This document shows positions 63,141 through 63,643 of a DNA stretch of 63,643 bases, piece by piece. The stretch spans positions 79,054,174 to 79,117,816 of the forward strand of contig JAUZTB010000087.1 of assembly GCA_034780895.1 (NCBI GenBank), read 5' to 3'. Source of the stretch: Rhynchobatus australiae (taxonomy: Eukaryota). The stretch's first letter is position 1, and each line of letters opens with the position of its first letter. A program made the translations under genes and the position numbers. Under the pieces are notes generated by a model. It was not told the DNA's origin and made no database searches. It was given only the letters and a program-made list of their open reading frames with translations.

Positions 63141-63643
63141 ACAGCCACCTCGACTACACCTCTTCCCTCCATCGTTTCCAAGGAAGCCATTCCTTTCTCC
63201 CAATTTCTCTGTGCCACATCCGCTCTCAAGATGAGGCCTACCATTCCAGGACATCTGAAATGTTCCTTTCTACTGTGGTTGATGGAGCTCTCTCTGGCAT
63301 CTCCTCTGTGTCTCAGACTTCTGCTCTTTTCCCACCTCCCTCTGGACCGAGCAGAGGTCCTCACCTTTCACCCGACTCCCTCTGCATCCAGCACATTATC
63401 TTTCATCATTTTCGCCAGCTGCAACGAGATGCCACTTCTTCATGCCTTCCCCAAGGACCACTCCCTTCGCGACTCCCTGGTCCCCTCATGCCTCCCCACC
63501 CACCCGTTCCCGACCTCTGGCACTTTCCCCTGCCACCGCAGGAGGTGCAGCACTTGTCCCTCCGCCTCCTCCCTCACCACCATCCAGGGAACTAAACAGC
63601 CTTTCCAGGCAAGGAAAAAATTCACGTGCTCCTCCTCCAACCT
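63141..63643 (+). mobile_element. Decayed Penelope-like element ORF (RT thumb to the linker before GIY-YIG), continuing past the window end
   Basis: Frame fragments SHLDYTSS, (A)IPFSQFL, ICSQDEAYHSRTSEM-like, GTFPCHRRRCSTCP and FTCSSSN match Penelope ORF signatures; frameshifted. Confidence 0.8.

Noticed and set aside
61567-63643. Next upstream POLA1 exon (expected ...RSERNE.LLLHAF...)
   Set aside because: Not found in the called bases; it probably lies in a gap or beyond the window.

Overview
Gapped draft genomic DNA from a vertebrate. The SINE, CR1 and Penelope repeat families look like those of a cartilaginous fish, probably a batoid; this taxon call is inference. The whole window lies inside the minus-strand gene POLA1 (DNA polymerase alpha catalytic subunit). 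Ten consecutive coding exons (61566 down to 2177) join through canonical GT-AG sites with consistent phase. They encode the B-family polymerase motifs [17 protein letters not shown] and YGDTDS; the gene continues past both window ends. The introns hold decayed CR1/L2 LINEs, V-SINEs, Deu-type SINEs, and Penelope remnants, including short inverted-repeat elements with hammerhead-ribozyme-like motifs and target-site duplications. Several repeat-free blocks may be conserved enhancers. The standout is at about 52157-56577, antisense in a POLA1 intron: an apparently intact LINE (987-aa APE+RT ORF2, 3' stem-loop, polyA). Its ORF1 start is replaced, in frame, by the left end of a Tc1 DNA transposon (TA, TIR, promoter region and 95-aa HTH domain), giving a Tc1-HTH::LINE-ORF1 chimera. 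No tools were used, so repeat family names and the boundaries of decayed repeats are approximate.
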